Shown: one piece after another, positions 12,830 through 26,498 of the stretch | Layout: each line of letters opens with the position of its first letter | Position numbering within the stretch: the stretch's first letter is position 1 | Source: Marsupella aquatica | Taxonomy: Eukaryota; Plantae; Marchantiophyta | Reading direction: 5' to 3' | Assembly: GCA_973895155.1 (NCBI GenBank) | Contig: OZ316896.1 | Coordinates: forward strand, 17,410,754-17,474,753 | DNA length: 64,000 nt | Made by a program: the position numbers and the translations under genes | The notes under the pieces: generated by a model | Seen by the model: only the letters and a program-made list of their open reading frames with translations | The model's database searches: none | What the model was told of the DNA's origin: nothing

Positions 12830-15800
12830 TTACATTTGTCCACATTTCCGAAGGCATCTGAACCCCTCCTCTTCGTACTCTTGCCTGCTAATCCAAAACT
12901 CAGGAGTGTTCTGCAAGTGGCAACACAAACAACGTTATGTTGGTCAAACTGGAAAGACACCAACACATCACAAGTTAAGTAAAATCCGTCTAGCCCAGCG
13001 ACACAGTTTCTATTTGACAGCCTAAAATTGTTACTCTGGAAATACTCTGATAAATAATGTCACAAAACAGGCGGTGAACATTTTGCGATATCTTCTTTCT
13101 TACCTTCATGATCCCAGCAAGAACAGCTCCTCCTAGATATACCATGTGTTTCCTCCGAGGAGGGTCTTCAATCCTCAGTCTTAGTTTCTATTGCCAGATC
13201 GTTGTTTGGCATTAGTAGTTTCAGAGAAGCGATAGTTTTGCCAAGGTTGAATATAGAATTGATGCTTGAGGCAGGAAGGACATAAATTTTGCTTTCCAAA
13301 ACCACTTCACCAAATGGACTGGAACATGCGCTGACTGACGCCACCAATCGCAAGCAAGAAAATGCCAAAGAAAGTTGAGTGACTTTAGTTCCAGATTACC
13401 TTCAGGCCATCTTTATTCCCCTTCAGAACAACATTTAAGTACTGTTTTCGAATCTCTTTCTCCAGCCTAACATTGCACAAAATTGTGAATACATTTGCTG
13501 TTTCCATGCCTTCAAGTAAACCCGCAAATTACAGAATTGACTTGTCATGAACTGCCCCTGAACATGACAGCACTTATGCAAGAGACAACACCTTTCCCGA
13601 GATCTACACTTTGAGGACCTACTACTGAGGAAGGCAGAATATACACCTGCACGCAAGAGAGACTTCAAAGTAGCAGATAATACCTGCTAGGAAGACCAGG
13701 ATACATGGTACTCCCACCGCTTAGAACAACATGTTGATAGAGCTGTACACATGCCAAGCCAGTTTGATTTTTAGCTCTGATTTACAAGTGCCGCATCCTT
13801 AACCTGACGACATTCTGAGTATATTTTAAACTTGACCAAATCTGCCCAGTACAGGAATTAGAGAGCTTTCTTCTTGCAAATATCCCTGCCGAAGCGCTTG
13901 TTCCAGATGCGTGTCAAAACATATTCAATTCAAGAATTCCCAGGCATCTATTGCTACAAATTGAAGATCCCTGCAACAAGTGAACTCATACTCACTAGCA
14001 TTCTGTTGTCAATGTCCATCTCTTGTACACAGTGAAATACGAGCTCTGCCAGTCCATCGCCCTCCATATCTACCAGCTCCTGCCATCATTATCCCACATG
14101 TCAGTGAGCTACACCAGCCACATCTCTCACAGTATCCAAAGGTATTCATCCGAGATTTCGCTTCCATGAAATTGTAAGCAAGCTGTTTAGAACTTTTTAG
14201 ATCTTAAGATAGCGCTTGTGAGGTTGCCTGCCTCTTGATACCTGTTGTAATACTTAACCTTCAGCAAAGAGACTTCTTCGCTACTGTGCTAACGATGATC
14301 CCCACAAGGATTAGCTTTTAACTACAGTTGATATGTCTATTAAACTCTAGATCTAGGTTAGTGCCTTGACCGTGGCAGTGTGATTGAAGAAAATTAATTA
14401 CCGGGCTGAAGAGAGCCTCAGGAGCTTGAAAGCGTTCAGGACCAACTTTTATGATCCTGCCATCCGGCAGCTGCAAGTAATCCGGTTAACAAAGGATACA
14501 CAACAAAATGAGAGGTTTGAAATGGAAAACTGTAGCGATATCATCTCAGTACTTTTTGAAGTTAGACAACTCCTGCCTTTAATGTGACTTAAAACAGACA
14601 AGTTCTTCAAATAATTACCGATACCAGGGAATGGAACTTACGGTATATTGTTTCACGAGAATGGTGGTTTCCATGGCCAGTTGATATTCCCGCTTGTAAT
14701 CAATGCTACAAAGAGCCCACGACAAGATCAGTCGAAACTCTAAATCCATGATGTCCTTACAGCTTGAAAGATTGGGTCTACTCATTAATGGTCCCTCTAC
14801 ATGGTGATCGCGATTGACAGTCAAACAAATTAGAGTCTTGGGTAAAAATAGGTTAAATAACGAATTTAAGGGTGACAAAATTCAGTAACAGAACGCCTAC
14901 AGAAGGCTGGAAAGATTTGGATCCTGGACAACTGCTGGCAAGTTATCAAATTGGTGACAGACAGTATCTAATGACATTCACCTTACATAACATAGTTTCT
15001 CCTTGATCTCCCTTGCAGTTTCGAAATCCGCTGTTCGATTGAATGCGTATCTGTTGAATCGCGTCATCAGTTAAGATATCTAGGATAAACGCAAATGGGA
15101 ACTGGGTAATCTACATTTCGGGTGATCAGAAACAATCGCCAAACATGTAAATTCCCCCAAAATATTTTCCGAGAGTAATGACGTGTTTGATAGGGACAGT
15201 GCTCAAATAAATTGGCCAATTTCAAACTTTATAAGAGACCCTATCTCGAATTTTCTTGTACACAACTCAGGGTCATTGCAGACAATTTTAGAAAGTACGG
15301 AGAGTTCCAGAAAGTAATGAGACAAGGTCGTAATTCCTAGAAGGCTGCTTTCTTCACAGAACATGGCTGAACTAGACAATGCACACGTACGTCCAAGCGA
15401 CTGATCAGTCAACCAGAACAATCTGGAATCCCATTTCTTGGAGCACTCACCCTCGCCTGAGAAGGAGATCAATAAGGTATGATGTGATGTGACGCCCAGC
15501 TATATTCATTCGTTTAGTAAGGTGTGGAAATGAGAAACCATCCACAACTGGGACCTGACACAGTGATAATGTCAGTGAAAGTGCGTCCCAGAGCTTGCGC
15601 GTGAACCAGAGAAAAAATAATATACAAGAACCATAGCAAATTTTGCGGTCTACGTCTCGGACATGACGCGAAGGTATCAAAATACTTACTACATGAGTAA
15701 CTCCATCGCCCGAATCCACCACCAAACCAGTCATAAGACCTGCAAACTAGAATAAGGACTTTGTTAAGACCTCAAATTCATCAAATCAAACGGCTTATCT

Positions 15801-17397
15801 AGCTTGTCATCTTTGCGGTCTTGCAGAGTTTTCAATGCAGAAATATGGACAGGAAGGCGAACCAACCAATAATAATTGCAAGAACTCATCGAGAGTAGTG
15901 AGATAGAGAAGTCTACGCTCATCTCATCATTTCGACCACTCATTAACAAAGCCTATCTAGCAATTACCTGCAAATATTACATTATGGGTCAACTCTGTAC
16001 TGCAATACACAACTACGCTGGACCACTAGATCTCATCAGTTGAGTAACTGTCGAGCATGCAGTAGTACAGAGTGCAGAGGATTGAAACCGTGAGAGTTTA
16101 CTGATATTAAACAACCACCAAAAATTACCTTGTGCGTACAATGTGAGCACAGCTTGTATTTGAATGAATACCCCAGCAAAATTATATCTTTCAAACATGG
16201 TTTGAAGCTGCTCAAATCAAAATCACTCAAGGTATTACAGAAAAACCTCGGCCAAAAGCGCAAGAGCAAAAGAGTAACAAATGCTACCCACAGAACTCAA
16301 CTCGAGCCTTAGAAAACATGATATTCGTGATCAAAGATGATGCATACCATTTTCTCACGATTTCTTGTTGGGTTCAAAGGTGGGTCTGTCAGCAGAATCT
16401 TTGTCTCCGATGGGTCTATCTGGACAATGAACTCGAGGCAAATTACTAGTTGTCCACAGAGTTCTCGTTATCGAGATGTTAATGACACTCAATTATCAGC
16501 TCAGCTTCAAGCAAAAGCACGATAACTTTCAATCTAATAAGAGCTTAATTTCTTGGCGTTGATGAAAGAAGAAATCCACGTACATGTAGAATATTGAAGA
16601 ATGTGTGATCCCAGATATGACCCATATCATCCCAATTTTGCACGATACCATTACTGATGGGGTACGAAACTTCCAACTGATGACGAAGCTGTGAACAAGT
16701 TTCTCCAACAACTATATCCTGTATACATCAAGGAAGATTTTAAAATATTTTTACACGAGGGCCAACATTGAATAAGAACCCTTTTCCTCTTACGTTCATC
16801 TTACCACACACCCCTGTGTGCAGACAATGAAGAGCAAAATACCATAAGGCCCATCAGTTGCAAGATGCTGCAAGGACTAATACACACCTGCAGCTCTTGC
16901 TCACCCAGACTTTCCTCATAGCGCAACATGGGTCGCCCCACCATGCAAGGAAAGACAGCTGTGGGGAAATTGTCTCCAGCAAAACCACATTTGACAAACT
17001 GTGCAGACCATAAAAACCAACAAAAATTAGAACGGCCCCCGCATTGGAGCACAGCACCATCATGGCTCTGGCTAGAAAATTTCAGAGATCTCTCGGTTCC
17101 ACGACAACTCACGTCATTGCCTATGCTAGGACGAGGGCTAGATCTCAGAATGGCAAGAGGCCACAGCTAACATTCCAGAATGCTCAAACTGAGACTTAAT
17201 GCTTAAACCCTAACGTCAACCAACGCAGGAATAAAGAACAGGCAAACCAATCAAACCAATTCCTGCCATTGGGAGGGAGAACCTCTCCGTCCGCGACAAT
17301 GGAGGTGAGAACTACATCAAGAATTGAACGATTAGCTCAGAAACACACACACCCCGGTTCCATTGTCGCAGACGATGACGTTTTCAGAGGAAGTCAT
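12830..17397 (-). CDS. ARP2: Actin-related protein 2 (Arp2/3 complex subunit)
   Basis: 15 exons: 17353-17397, 16888-16998, 16584-16718, 16348-16419, 16129-16207, 15690-15739, 15451-15554, 14982-15050, 14642-14705, 14402-14470, 13996-14079, 13684-13742, 13400-13466, 13104-13187, 12830-12910; total 1173 nt, 390 aa. Motifs: [59 protein letters not shown] (ARP2-type). Confidence 0.96.
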
Positions 17398-20300
17398 CGC
17401 GCAGCTGTAACACCACCGCAACTCTCAATCAATTCAATCCTTCATCCTCACACTCCCACTTTCTCCAACACCTCTGCAGCCGGTGATGATTGCCCTGCAC
17501 AGTAGAGATCATACAATTGCCACTCACTCCTCACTAAACACAAGGAATCCCCAAACTGTCCCTTGTGGCTGAAGATCTGGAGATCCCAAGTTCCCAAACC
17601 TCCCTTGAATGCTTCTTCGAACTCTACTGCTCTTACGGAATCTCTCGTGTTGACATCGATCTTGCTTCTATCGTGGGCACGATCTGTAAAATTTGGAGAC
17701 TGACCCACAAATGCCGGTTCCCTGAGATTTGTCTCTCGAGCTTGAGGATGTCTCAGGGTAAGTTTTAAGGTTTTATATTTTTTGCTGCCAATGTCAAATT
17801 ATGAAGTGGAGCAGATGCTAAGAGTATTCATTTATCTAATTTTGAGTTTTAGATGTCCCTCGGTCTACAGCTAATAGCCATCAGTTTCTGGCAAGTGGGG
17901 TCTGTGGCTAGGGAGAACAAAAAAACTGGCTATTTTTTGCAATTGACGAAGAATTTTGAGTGAGGTGTAATTTGGAAAATTTTTGCCCACTAATGAAAAA
18001 GCTAGTCTCATCCATGGTCAGTCAGTGATTCAGCATTCCCATTGTTGATTACTGTTCTCAAGAGCACTTATACGCAAACTTAACCTCACCTTACTTTTGA
18101 CTATTTATTGTTCGCCACTTAAGGAAGAAAAGGGATACTTACATGCTCCCCAAGGTTGTTTAAGGGAGTTAAGAAACTTGTAAAATGTTTTGGTATAATA
18201 GTTTGGTATTGACAGCAAGTTGCCCTGCCGACTTGTTCCAGGAGGACCAGTAGAGGGGTTAAGCAACTTTGTTTTTGTTATCTTGCATCTGTACATGCAA
18301 AATACTTTTTATAATTGAAGTGAACTTGTTCTAACTTCATCAAATTGGAGGCCACAGTTAGTGGGAGAAGACTCCAACTAGTTGTGCAGTTGGTGTTGTC
18401 GAACACTGGCCTTTCTAACACAAACTTGTTTCCTGGACTTGTTTTAGGAGCTGCTTAAACTCCCCTTTATTCATCCTCCACAACAAGCCCAGCCATTGAT
18501 GGAACAGGATGATAGGCTTTTAGATTTCCACAGTTCACTAAAGTGGGTGGGTCTATAAATGATTTGGCGATTGAACATCATTAGACTCTGGGAGGATTTA
18601 ACATTCCTATTAGTTGAACTTTGTTAAATATGTGCAAGATTCTAGACATTGCATGGAGATTTATGAACCCAAAGTAGGCATGATCATCCAAGCATGGCTC
18701 CCTTCCCCCAATTCCTAAATTAAAACTTAAGCAATAATATATTATACTCTTGTCAAAACTGCAGGAATTGTATATTGTAGCAAGAATATCCCAAAGCCTG
18801 GAATTCGAAATGGGTTGTAATCCCCTCCAGCTACTTCTTACAATGTATTTCCCTTAAGACAGAATAGTCAAGTGAGAATTTGACTTGATTCTTGTCAGTT
18901 TTGTCAATTTGATATGGGATGAACTCCAGTAACAAGTCAGCTTCAAAATAGCTTCAGTTCATAGCTATTACTATATTTCAAACTGCCAAATCAAAGGGTG
19001 TGGGAGACATGGTCTGGGAGGCAAAAGACCCAATAAATGGGGGACAACAAAAAGGCCAAGAAAGGCCTGGAAGCAAAGAAACAAAATCTGTTTGGTTTTA
19101 GAGTGTGCCGTGCTGAGCTTGGTGTCTAGATTGAGTACCCATTCACATAACTTAAAAAACTGATATGTTGACCTTTTTCTGCCAAATAGAACCAATTGTC
19201 ATTTCCTGTACACTGGATTGTAGGCTCTGAAGTCACGACATTGTGTCCTCCGTCAAACCCTGTGCGTTTACAATCAGGCTGCATCATGTCCTCGACATGT
19301 TATACCACAAGAGTGTAAGAGCACTCCACCCAGTGCTCTCCACAGGGAGCTTGCATTAGGGTACTATAACAAAGTTACGTGCTAACACTACCACTAATTG
19401 TAGTTCCGTAATAACACGAATTATCATTCTCATTAACAGCTTTAGATTAACTACATTCTCACTAAAGATCTTCCAATTTACAAGTGTCACCATTCTGTCT
19501 GTATTACAAATGTCACAGCTTTTGTATGGGGTTACTTGGTGAACTTGTTGTCCATTAAGAGCCCACTTCAAGAAAAAACCGTCCTCGTTAATTATGGCAA
19601 ACACTGCATAGCCCAACCCTGTTGTATATGATTACCTTGGTTATGTTGGTGAACTTGTGGTCCATAAATAAAAACACACCTTCAAGGAAAAGTTGTTATC
19701 ATTAATTATCACTGATTAAAGCAAACACTCCATTGTCAAACCTTTCGAGTTGATAGTCAGGCGACATTCTGTTTTACTAATAAAGTGCCATGCAAAGCTT
19801 CTTTGAGGGCTACTGTGTAGAGTGAAGCCTCTAGTCAATTAACTCTCAACAAGGACAAAACAAAAAAGTAGAGTGGACAATAAACAAAGATGGGGCAAAA
19901 ATGAACTAAAAATAGTATATAATCATTTTTATTGCATGATTTTTTATTGTCTTGGTCTCTATTTATGTACAAGGACTTAGGGGGCAAGAATCAAATTAGA
20001 AGTGGGGGTGAAAATGGGAATGGGAGTGGGGTAGTGTCGGCTGTGGTGCACCCCATTTTAACATAGGGCCGCATGTGAAGAGAGTTAGTAGAGTAGGGGC
20101 TACATATGAAGACAGTCGATAGATTAGGGAGGTCGCCTGTGAAGAGGTCAACTGTTGTAATCGGAAATCAAGGGCTATTGTAAAATGGCCAACTGTTTTT
20201 CAATGACTTGACGAAGCTTTAGTCAGTTGTTGTCATCGAGACTCAACACTCTTTTATCCTCATCTTTATTCATTTTTAAGTAACGGGTAATGGGGCTAGT

Positions 20301-20701
20301 TGTCCTTATTAGGGCGTCTCAAAGCTTGGCGTAAGCAACATAAGGCCCTCCCATAACTCAAGTGTTATGGGAACTCCCGTAAAAGTTATGGGAGCCGATC
20401 TTAGGCAACCGTAAGAAAAGCCTGCAGGCTCAACACTTAATCAATTATTTTTCTGCAACTTTAGGCTGAAATCCAAAAATCCAGGACTTTGGAACTCCAG
20501 AAAGCCATGGCTGAAGGCACGGTCGTGGATTTTGCTCCTGACATGGTGATCGTTGCTGCATTTGAAACGATGGCTGATCAAGAATTGAAGAAAAAAGAAT
20601 TGCTATGCGACAGGTGAGGCAATAACTCCTGCCTTATGGGGCGGGTCAATGTTAACTCCATTTTTTGAACTCTCTAAGTGATTATCAGATATATCATAAA
20701 T

Positions 20702-21010
20702 CCTTTAACTTTCACTAATGACCCACCTATGCCCCATTATTAATACACAAGAAGAGTGTAAGGTAAGGCAACATCGCCACCTTGTGAGTTTACAGTCAGG
20801 CGGCATTCTACTGTCCTTATTACACAAGAAGAGTGTAACGTAAGGTAACATAATCCTAAACTTTCACTAATGACCCAGCTATGCCCCATTATTATTACAC
20901 AAGAAGAGTGTAAGGTAAGGTAACATCGCCACCGTGTGCGTTTACAGTCAGGCGGCATTCTACTGTCCTTATTACACAAGAAGAGTGTAACGTAAGGTAA
21001 GGTAACATCG
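20702..21010. repeat. Higher-order tandem repeat (2 x ~153 bp, each with 2 copies of tacacaagaagagtgtaa) upstream of SERINC
   Basis: The core motif lies at 20744, 20821, 20896 and 20973 (spacing 77/75/77). The intervening sequences alternate. Confidence 0.9.
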
Positions 21011-21098
21011 CCTTGAGCGGCCATCTCACCACGCCTCGTGCTTCCTCGAACACTTTCGTCCGTCGTCTTCTCTTCTCTTCTCTTCTCTTCTCGTCTCT

Positions 21099-21595
21099 GG
21101 CTTCGGACTGTCAATCCAACGTCGATTGCTTCAGGTGCGTGACGAAGCCATATCCTCTCCCCATTCCCAGTGCCCTACTTTTGCAGGAAGCGGTCTCGGT
21201 AAGTCCTGTCTTTCTCGTTTTGTGTTTTGGATGTTTTAATTGCGAGATTGTGAATTTGATGTTGGAGTTGGGAATTCGTCCGTCTCCCCTTCTAGACTAG
21301 GTTTGCCCTCGACTCTTTCTCTTGGACCTGTTCCCCCACTCTCTGCTCTTCTCTTTTCTTGGGCTTCGGACTGTCAATCCAGCGTCGATCGCCTCAGGTG
21401 CGCGACGAAGCCGTATTCTCTCCCCACTCCCAGTCCCCTAATTTTGCAAGAACGGTTTCAGTGAGTCCTCTCTTTCTCGTTATGTGTTTTGGATGTCGGA
21501 ATTGCGAGAGTGTGGATGTGGTGTTGGAATCGGGAGTTCGTCCGTCTCCCCTTCTAGACTAGGTTTTCCCTCGACTCTTCTCTTGGACCTGTTCG
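21099..21595 (+). repeat. ~263-bp tandem duplication in the SERINC 5' leader
   Basis: ggcttcggactgtcaatcc...ttcgtccgtctccccttctagactaggttt starts at 21099 and again at 21362. It follows a (TTCTC)n Y-patch at ~21068-21092. Confidence 0.85.
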
Positions 21596-22198
21596 CCCAC
21601 CCGAGTGTGTATCAATTGAAGATGGATCGGTTTAGGGTCGTGACGGTGCTGGAACTGCTGCCCCTTCCCCTGCAGGAATAGGTCTCAAGAAGGCTCTCTT
21701 GTTTGGTCTGTTTCTCAGTGGATATCGTGATTGTGAAATTATGGATTTGGTGTCGAAATTTTGGTAGTTGGGAATGGGCTTTCGAAGTAAGGAGGTCGTG
21801 GGTGTGACGTTGGGATTGGATATTCTGGATGGATGTGAGAATTTCGAAGTTAGGGAGCCGGGGATGCGGATGTTGAAAATGGGATAGCGCGGTTCCGTGT
21901 GGAGGTTGTGGAGTGTCGTTACTCTCTCCTCTCGCTTGTTGCATTAAGGTGGTCTCCATCTGCGGTCGGTCCATCATGTGCGATTGCCTGTCGATTTGTT
22001 TAAGTGTTGGAAGACGTGGAAGTGAGCAAAGCGGGGTAGGTTGAGAGATTTCGGTGAGAGACATGCGCGAGGATGGTTCGTTGACGTGATGTGCCGTTTG
22101 GATGCAGATTGTTTACATTTTGAGGTCGAATTTGGATATCTTCGTCGGTGGCAGGAGTGGGACGGAAATTATTGCAATTGTTGGTGTAGTTTCGAGCC

Positions 22199-24414
22199 AT
22201 GTGGGCGGCGTCATGTGCAGCATCTTGCTGCGCCTCGTGCGCATGCGAGGGCTGCAAAGCTTTGGCTAATGGAATTTCTCGGCGCTCGGCGCGTATCGCT
22301 TACTGCGGTTTGTTCACCACGTCGCTAATTGTGTCGTGGATCCTACGAGACTTCGCACAGCCACTGTTGGAGAAAATTCCATGTAAGATTCCTCCACCTC
22401 CGAGTCTGAGTGCAGTTCTGTTTACTCCAGTGAATTTTCCAAGGCCTTTGATTTGTATTCATCTCGCTGAATCTGTCCTTGTCACTGTTAAACGTTGATG
22501 CAGGGATCAACACTTTTGTTGATACCCCTGGAAAGGAGTGGTTCGAGACTCAAGCAGTGCTTCGTGTGAGCTTCGGCAATTTTGTGTTCTTCTTGTTGTT
22601 TGCCCTGATCATGGTCGGAGTGAATCACCAGAATGACCAGCGAGATTCGTGGCAGCATGGGGGCTGGATGATGAAGTTCATAATGTGGACCGTCTTCATA
22701 GGACTTGCCTTTCTCCTGCCTAACGGTGTCCTCAACGCTTATGGTTCGTCCTTCACCCAGTTTGTTTGTTTGCTTGTTTGTTTGTTTGGAGATGATCTTT
22801 TGTTGTTGTCTGGGAGTGTCAATCTCTGCAGTAAAGGAACCATAAGCACTATGAGTCCCCTGAGCGACCCGGCTCCTGCTGGCTCTGACCTTGCACATTC
22901 TGAAAGCTGTGGTCCGAGGTACTATTCAAAACTCTGATTGTTAGGTTAGAATACTTGACTTAGCCTGATTCACAATGGAAGATAGTTTGTGCGCTTACAA
23001 GCATGAAAATGTTATTTGTTGCAGGAACTGTGTCAAAGTTCGGTTCAGGCTTTTTCCTGCTAGTGCAGGTCCTCATCTTGCTAGATTTCACGCATAACTG
23101 GAATGCTGCGTGGGTTGCCAAGGACGAAGACTTCTGGTCAGTTGCTCTTCTGTTTAACTATTTTAAAAGTTATTTTGATTGTTCAGGACCTGGATATCTT
23201 TGACATTCATTCAATAGATTTGAGAAGTTAGCGTTTGTTTCTTGTGGGCTTAGTCACAGTACATGACATTTTGACTATCCAGAAAGAAATCACCGAATCG
23301 GCTGCTTTCCCTTCTGCATATCAACCCTGTTCGTAGTTCTGACTTGATGGATACCTTCTTAAGATGGGCAGAAAATATGAACTCTTTCTTTTGTCCTTGT
23401 CTGACTATAGGTACATTGCACTCTTGGTGGCGTCCGCAACATGTTACATAGCAAGTTTTGTGCTGTCTGGTTTCCTCTTCCATTGGTTCACAGCGTCAGC
23501 ATCAGGGTGTGAGCTGAACACCTTTTTCATAACTGTGACCCTCCTTCTGGCAGTCGCTTTCACAGTGGTTTCTCTTCATCCGAAGGTTTGACTCTCCCTT
23601 GTTTTTCTTGTCTATTGTGAACAAGTTGCGTGATTTGTCGAGCAATTTTGAAAAGAATGAAACTCCCGTTGGAAGGGCTTGCATTCTAATATTCTAGTGG
23701 TGCCCACCTTGAACAGGTCAACGGAAGCCTTTTGCCGGCATCTGTGATTTCAGTCTACTGTATGTACCTTTGTTACGGCGCTCTTTCCAGTGAGCCACGT
23801 GATTACGAGTGCAATGGACTTCATAAGCACACAACTGCTGTGTCAACTGGAACAATGGTTATGGGCATGCTGACAACTCTTCTCTCAGTAGTGTATTCTG
23901 CTGTTCGTGCGGGCTCGGCAACGACCTTCTTATCCCCTCCATCATCTCCACGGGCAGGTATGTTAAAGTGTCCTTCATTGCCTGAGAATGTATACTATCC
24001 CGGAATTCTACAGCAGTTGCGGTGATGACAAGACAAAAGCATTGATTCAAACTCCTAACATTCAGTTTCGGTATTATCGGAGTCACAGGCGACCGCAAAC
24101 CTTTGCTGACAGAGCATGACATGGAAGAAGACCCTGAGGAAGACACCAACGAGATGAAAATGACACGAGGCAGCAAGAAGGACCCTCAGCCCGTTGCTTA
24201 TGTTTACTCTTTCTTTCATCTGATTTTCGCTTTGGCGAGCATGTATTCCGCAATGCTCCTCACTGGCTGGGGGAACACACATCTCGACGAGGACGTTGTC
24301 GATGTTGGTTGGTCATCAGTGTGGGTTCGCATCATGACGCAGTGGGTCACGGCCATTCTTTACATCTGGTCTCTTGTCGCTCCTTTCGTTCTTCCTGACC
24401 GTGACTTTTCCTAA
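22199..24414 (+). CDS. Serine incorporator (SERINC/TMS/TDE) family membrane protein
   Basis: 6 exons: 22199-22382, 22504-22743, 23025-23136, 23411-23585, 23717-23957, 24089-24414; 425 aa. Cys-rich N-terminus MWAASCAASCCASCAC; motifs QHGGW, YSFFHLIFALASMYSAMLLTGW and LWSLVAP-like C-terminus ending PDRDFS. Confidence 0.95.
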
Positions 24415-25930
24415 GTGATCGGGCATCGATTCTTCAATTGTATAGCGTGTCTAGTAGAAATAGATTCCATCTGCATACAGTTTACCAGACCATTGCTCAG
24501 GCATACTATATGTGTGAGAGTTGGTACAATGGGTTCAGTCCTTCATCAATGGGGGACTATGTTTTATCTGTTATTGAGCAACTCCAACTGGAACAGTCTA
24601 CGTACATAATAGTCTCCTTCCCGATTTCAAATTTAGCTGAGCTATAATAGTCTCCGTCCCGTTTTCAAATTTAGCTGAGCTATAAATGACGTTCTGTGTA
24701 ACAGTAAATGTTTCTTGTTATTAGAAACTTTTACGGACGCATCGATGCTTATGCTTTCCTTTTTAAAACAGAGCATCCAGCCCTGTACTTCAATTTATCC
24801 TTAGAATAATGGTTTTGATAAGGACTGGCAATGGTTTGTGAGAGAACAGCGGCACACAAGCAATAGCGAAACACTTCTAAAAAGTTTCTTTGGTTTGGAG
24901 TGTGCTCTCCCATGGATATGAGATACACCTCTGATACTCATCAATGAGTCTCGCTTTTTTGTTTTATGTTCCATGTGATTGATACTAGGAACGGTAGCAT
25001 TTCTACACAGCCAGGTTATAGGAATGTGGTCATGGGGATTCTGAAGTGGATGCCACTAGTGCTATGTTGACACTAAGAATTTGTACTGGAAGTATGTATC
25101 GAACGTATTAGAGTCTGGGTCATGAGATAGACGGGTATGTAGGATGTAATGGACTGAGGATTTTGCTAGAAGCTGGGAAGTGATAGCAGAGCTGTCCTGC
25201 TTCAAGTCCGTCAAAGAGGAGGATGCTTGCTGCTGAAGTCAAAAGACTCGGATGAGTACCGCAACCCAACCACGGTACCGTACCCGGGATGAATGAGTGA
25301 CAGACGCTGCTCAAAAATTCAAAATTCATTTAAGCACTGTCCAACACATCGTAACACATCGCACTTGAATAGAGTCTTATCGAAACAGATCATAGACATA
25401 AAGTTCACAATAGCAAATCGAAGCAGACCATAATGTTATATGATTATAATGCACTGTCCAGCTAATCTCTCTCAGAACAACTACAGACGGGGTCGCGTGC
25501 CACACAACAATCCTTGAAAGTGAAGACCTAGTAAAGCTGTGTATTAGACAACCTGTCCATAGCCAGTTCCACCCAATTAGTCCTATGGATGGTGCACAAG
25601 ACGTTGATACGATCAGCTCTCGGCTCGGGATAAACCCTCATGATTTCAATAAGTTGACTATGAAAGCGCTCCTAACGAAGAGAACCGACATCAAGTTGAT
25701 CTTGTCATCATTTTTTCCGTCTCCAACGCACTTTTCACTATCAAGTCGATTCTAATTTCACTGTCTGATAGATTGAAACTGACAGCTCACTCAAGTCGAT
25801 CGTAAGCTGAAAAGTGAGATTCCGCCCATCTGTCATCATTTCCTGTCACACAGGTGGCAGCATCAGAACAAGAAACAGAAGCCAACACCGTCGTGGCAAC
25901 ATCAGCAGAAGAAGGAGAAACCGAAGCAGA

Positions 25931-26080
25931 CGAAGAAGCCGCAGAAAGAGTACAATCGTTCAAGACGAAAAATGATAGCAAATGCACAGTCCCGAATTCC
26001 CAAACATCACGAAGAAGCCGCAGAAAGAGTATAATCGTTCAAGACGAACAATAATAGCAAATGCACAATCCCGAATTCAC
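25931..26080. repeat. ~79-bp direct duplication upstream of tRNase Z
   Basis: cgaagaagccgcagaaagagta(c/t)aatcgttcaagacgaa...agcaaatgcaca..cccgaattc occurs twice. Confidence 0.85.
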
Positions 26081-26498
26081 AACCCCACAAATGCACTGAC
26101 GTTCAAACTCTTTGTGTAGAGGTTCTTATGAACAATTCTGCGGGGGGTTTATCCGAGACGTTTGCAGCGAGAAACAAAGGTCCAGATTTGGAAAATATTT
26201 CCAGACACATATTAAACACTGGTACCATCGTCGTGAGCGCAACTGATGTTATCTGAACTGTAACATGGTAACTGCGCCCGACTGTTTATTCCTGCGGTAG
26301 CCTGCCTTCCCTCGCCCAATCTGTCAAGGCTAGCATTAATACGTTTTTCATTCCAGGAGTCTTCGTATTGGTAACAGGAGGGATTTTAGCGGAGATTGGG
26401 AGCAACAGATCCTCTCAAGAATTGCCCTTGACGTTAGATTGGCCATCGATCAGGAGGACTCCAGTTTGAGAGAAGGCGTTCTGATTTACTATGTAAGC

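Noticed and set aside
20744-20991. CRISPR-like spacing of a palindromic 18-bp repeat
   Set aside because: The spacers are themselves duplicated, there are no cas genes, and the context is eukaryotic.
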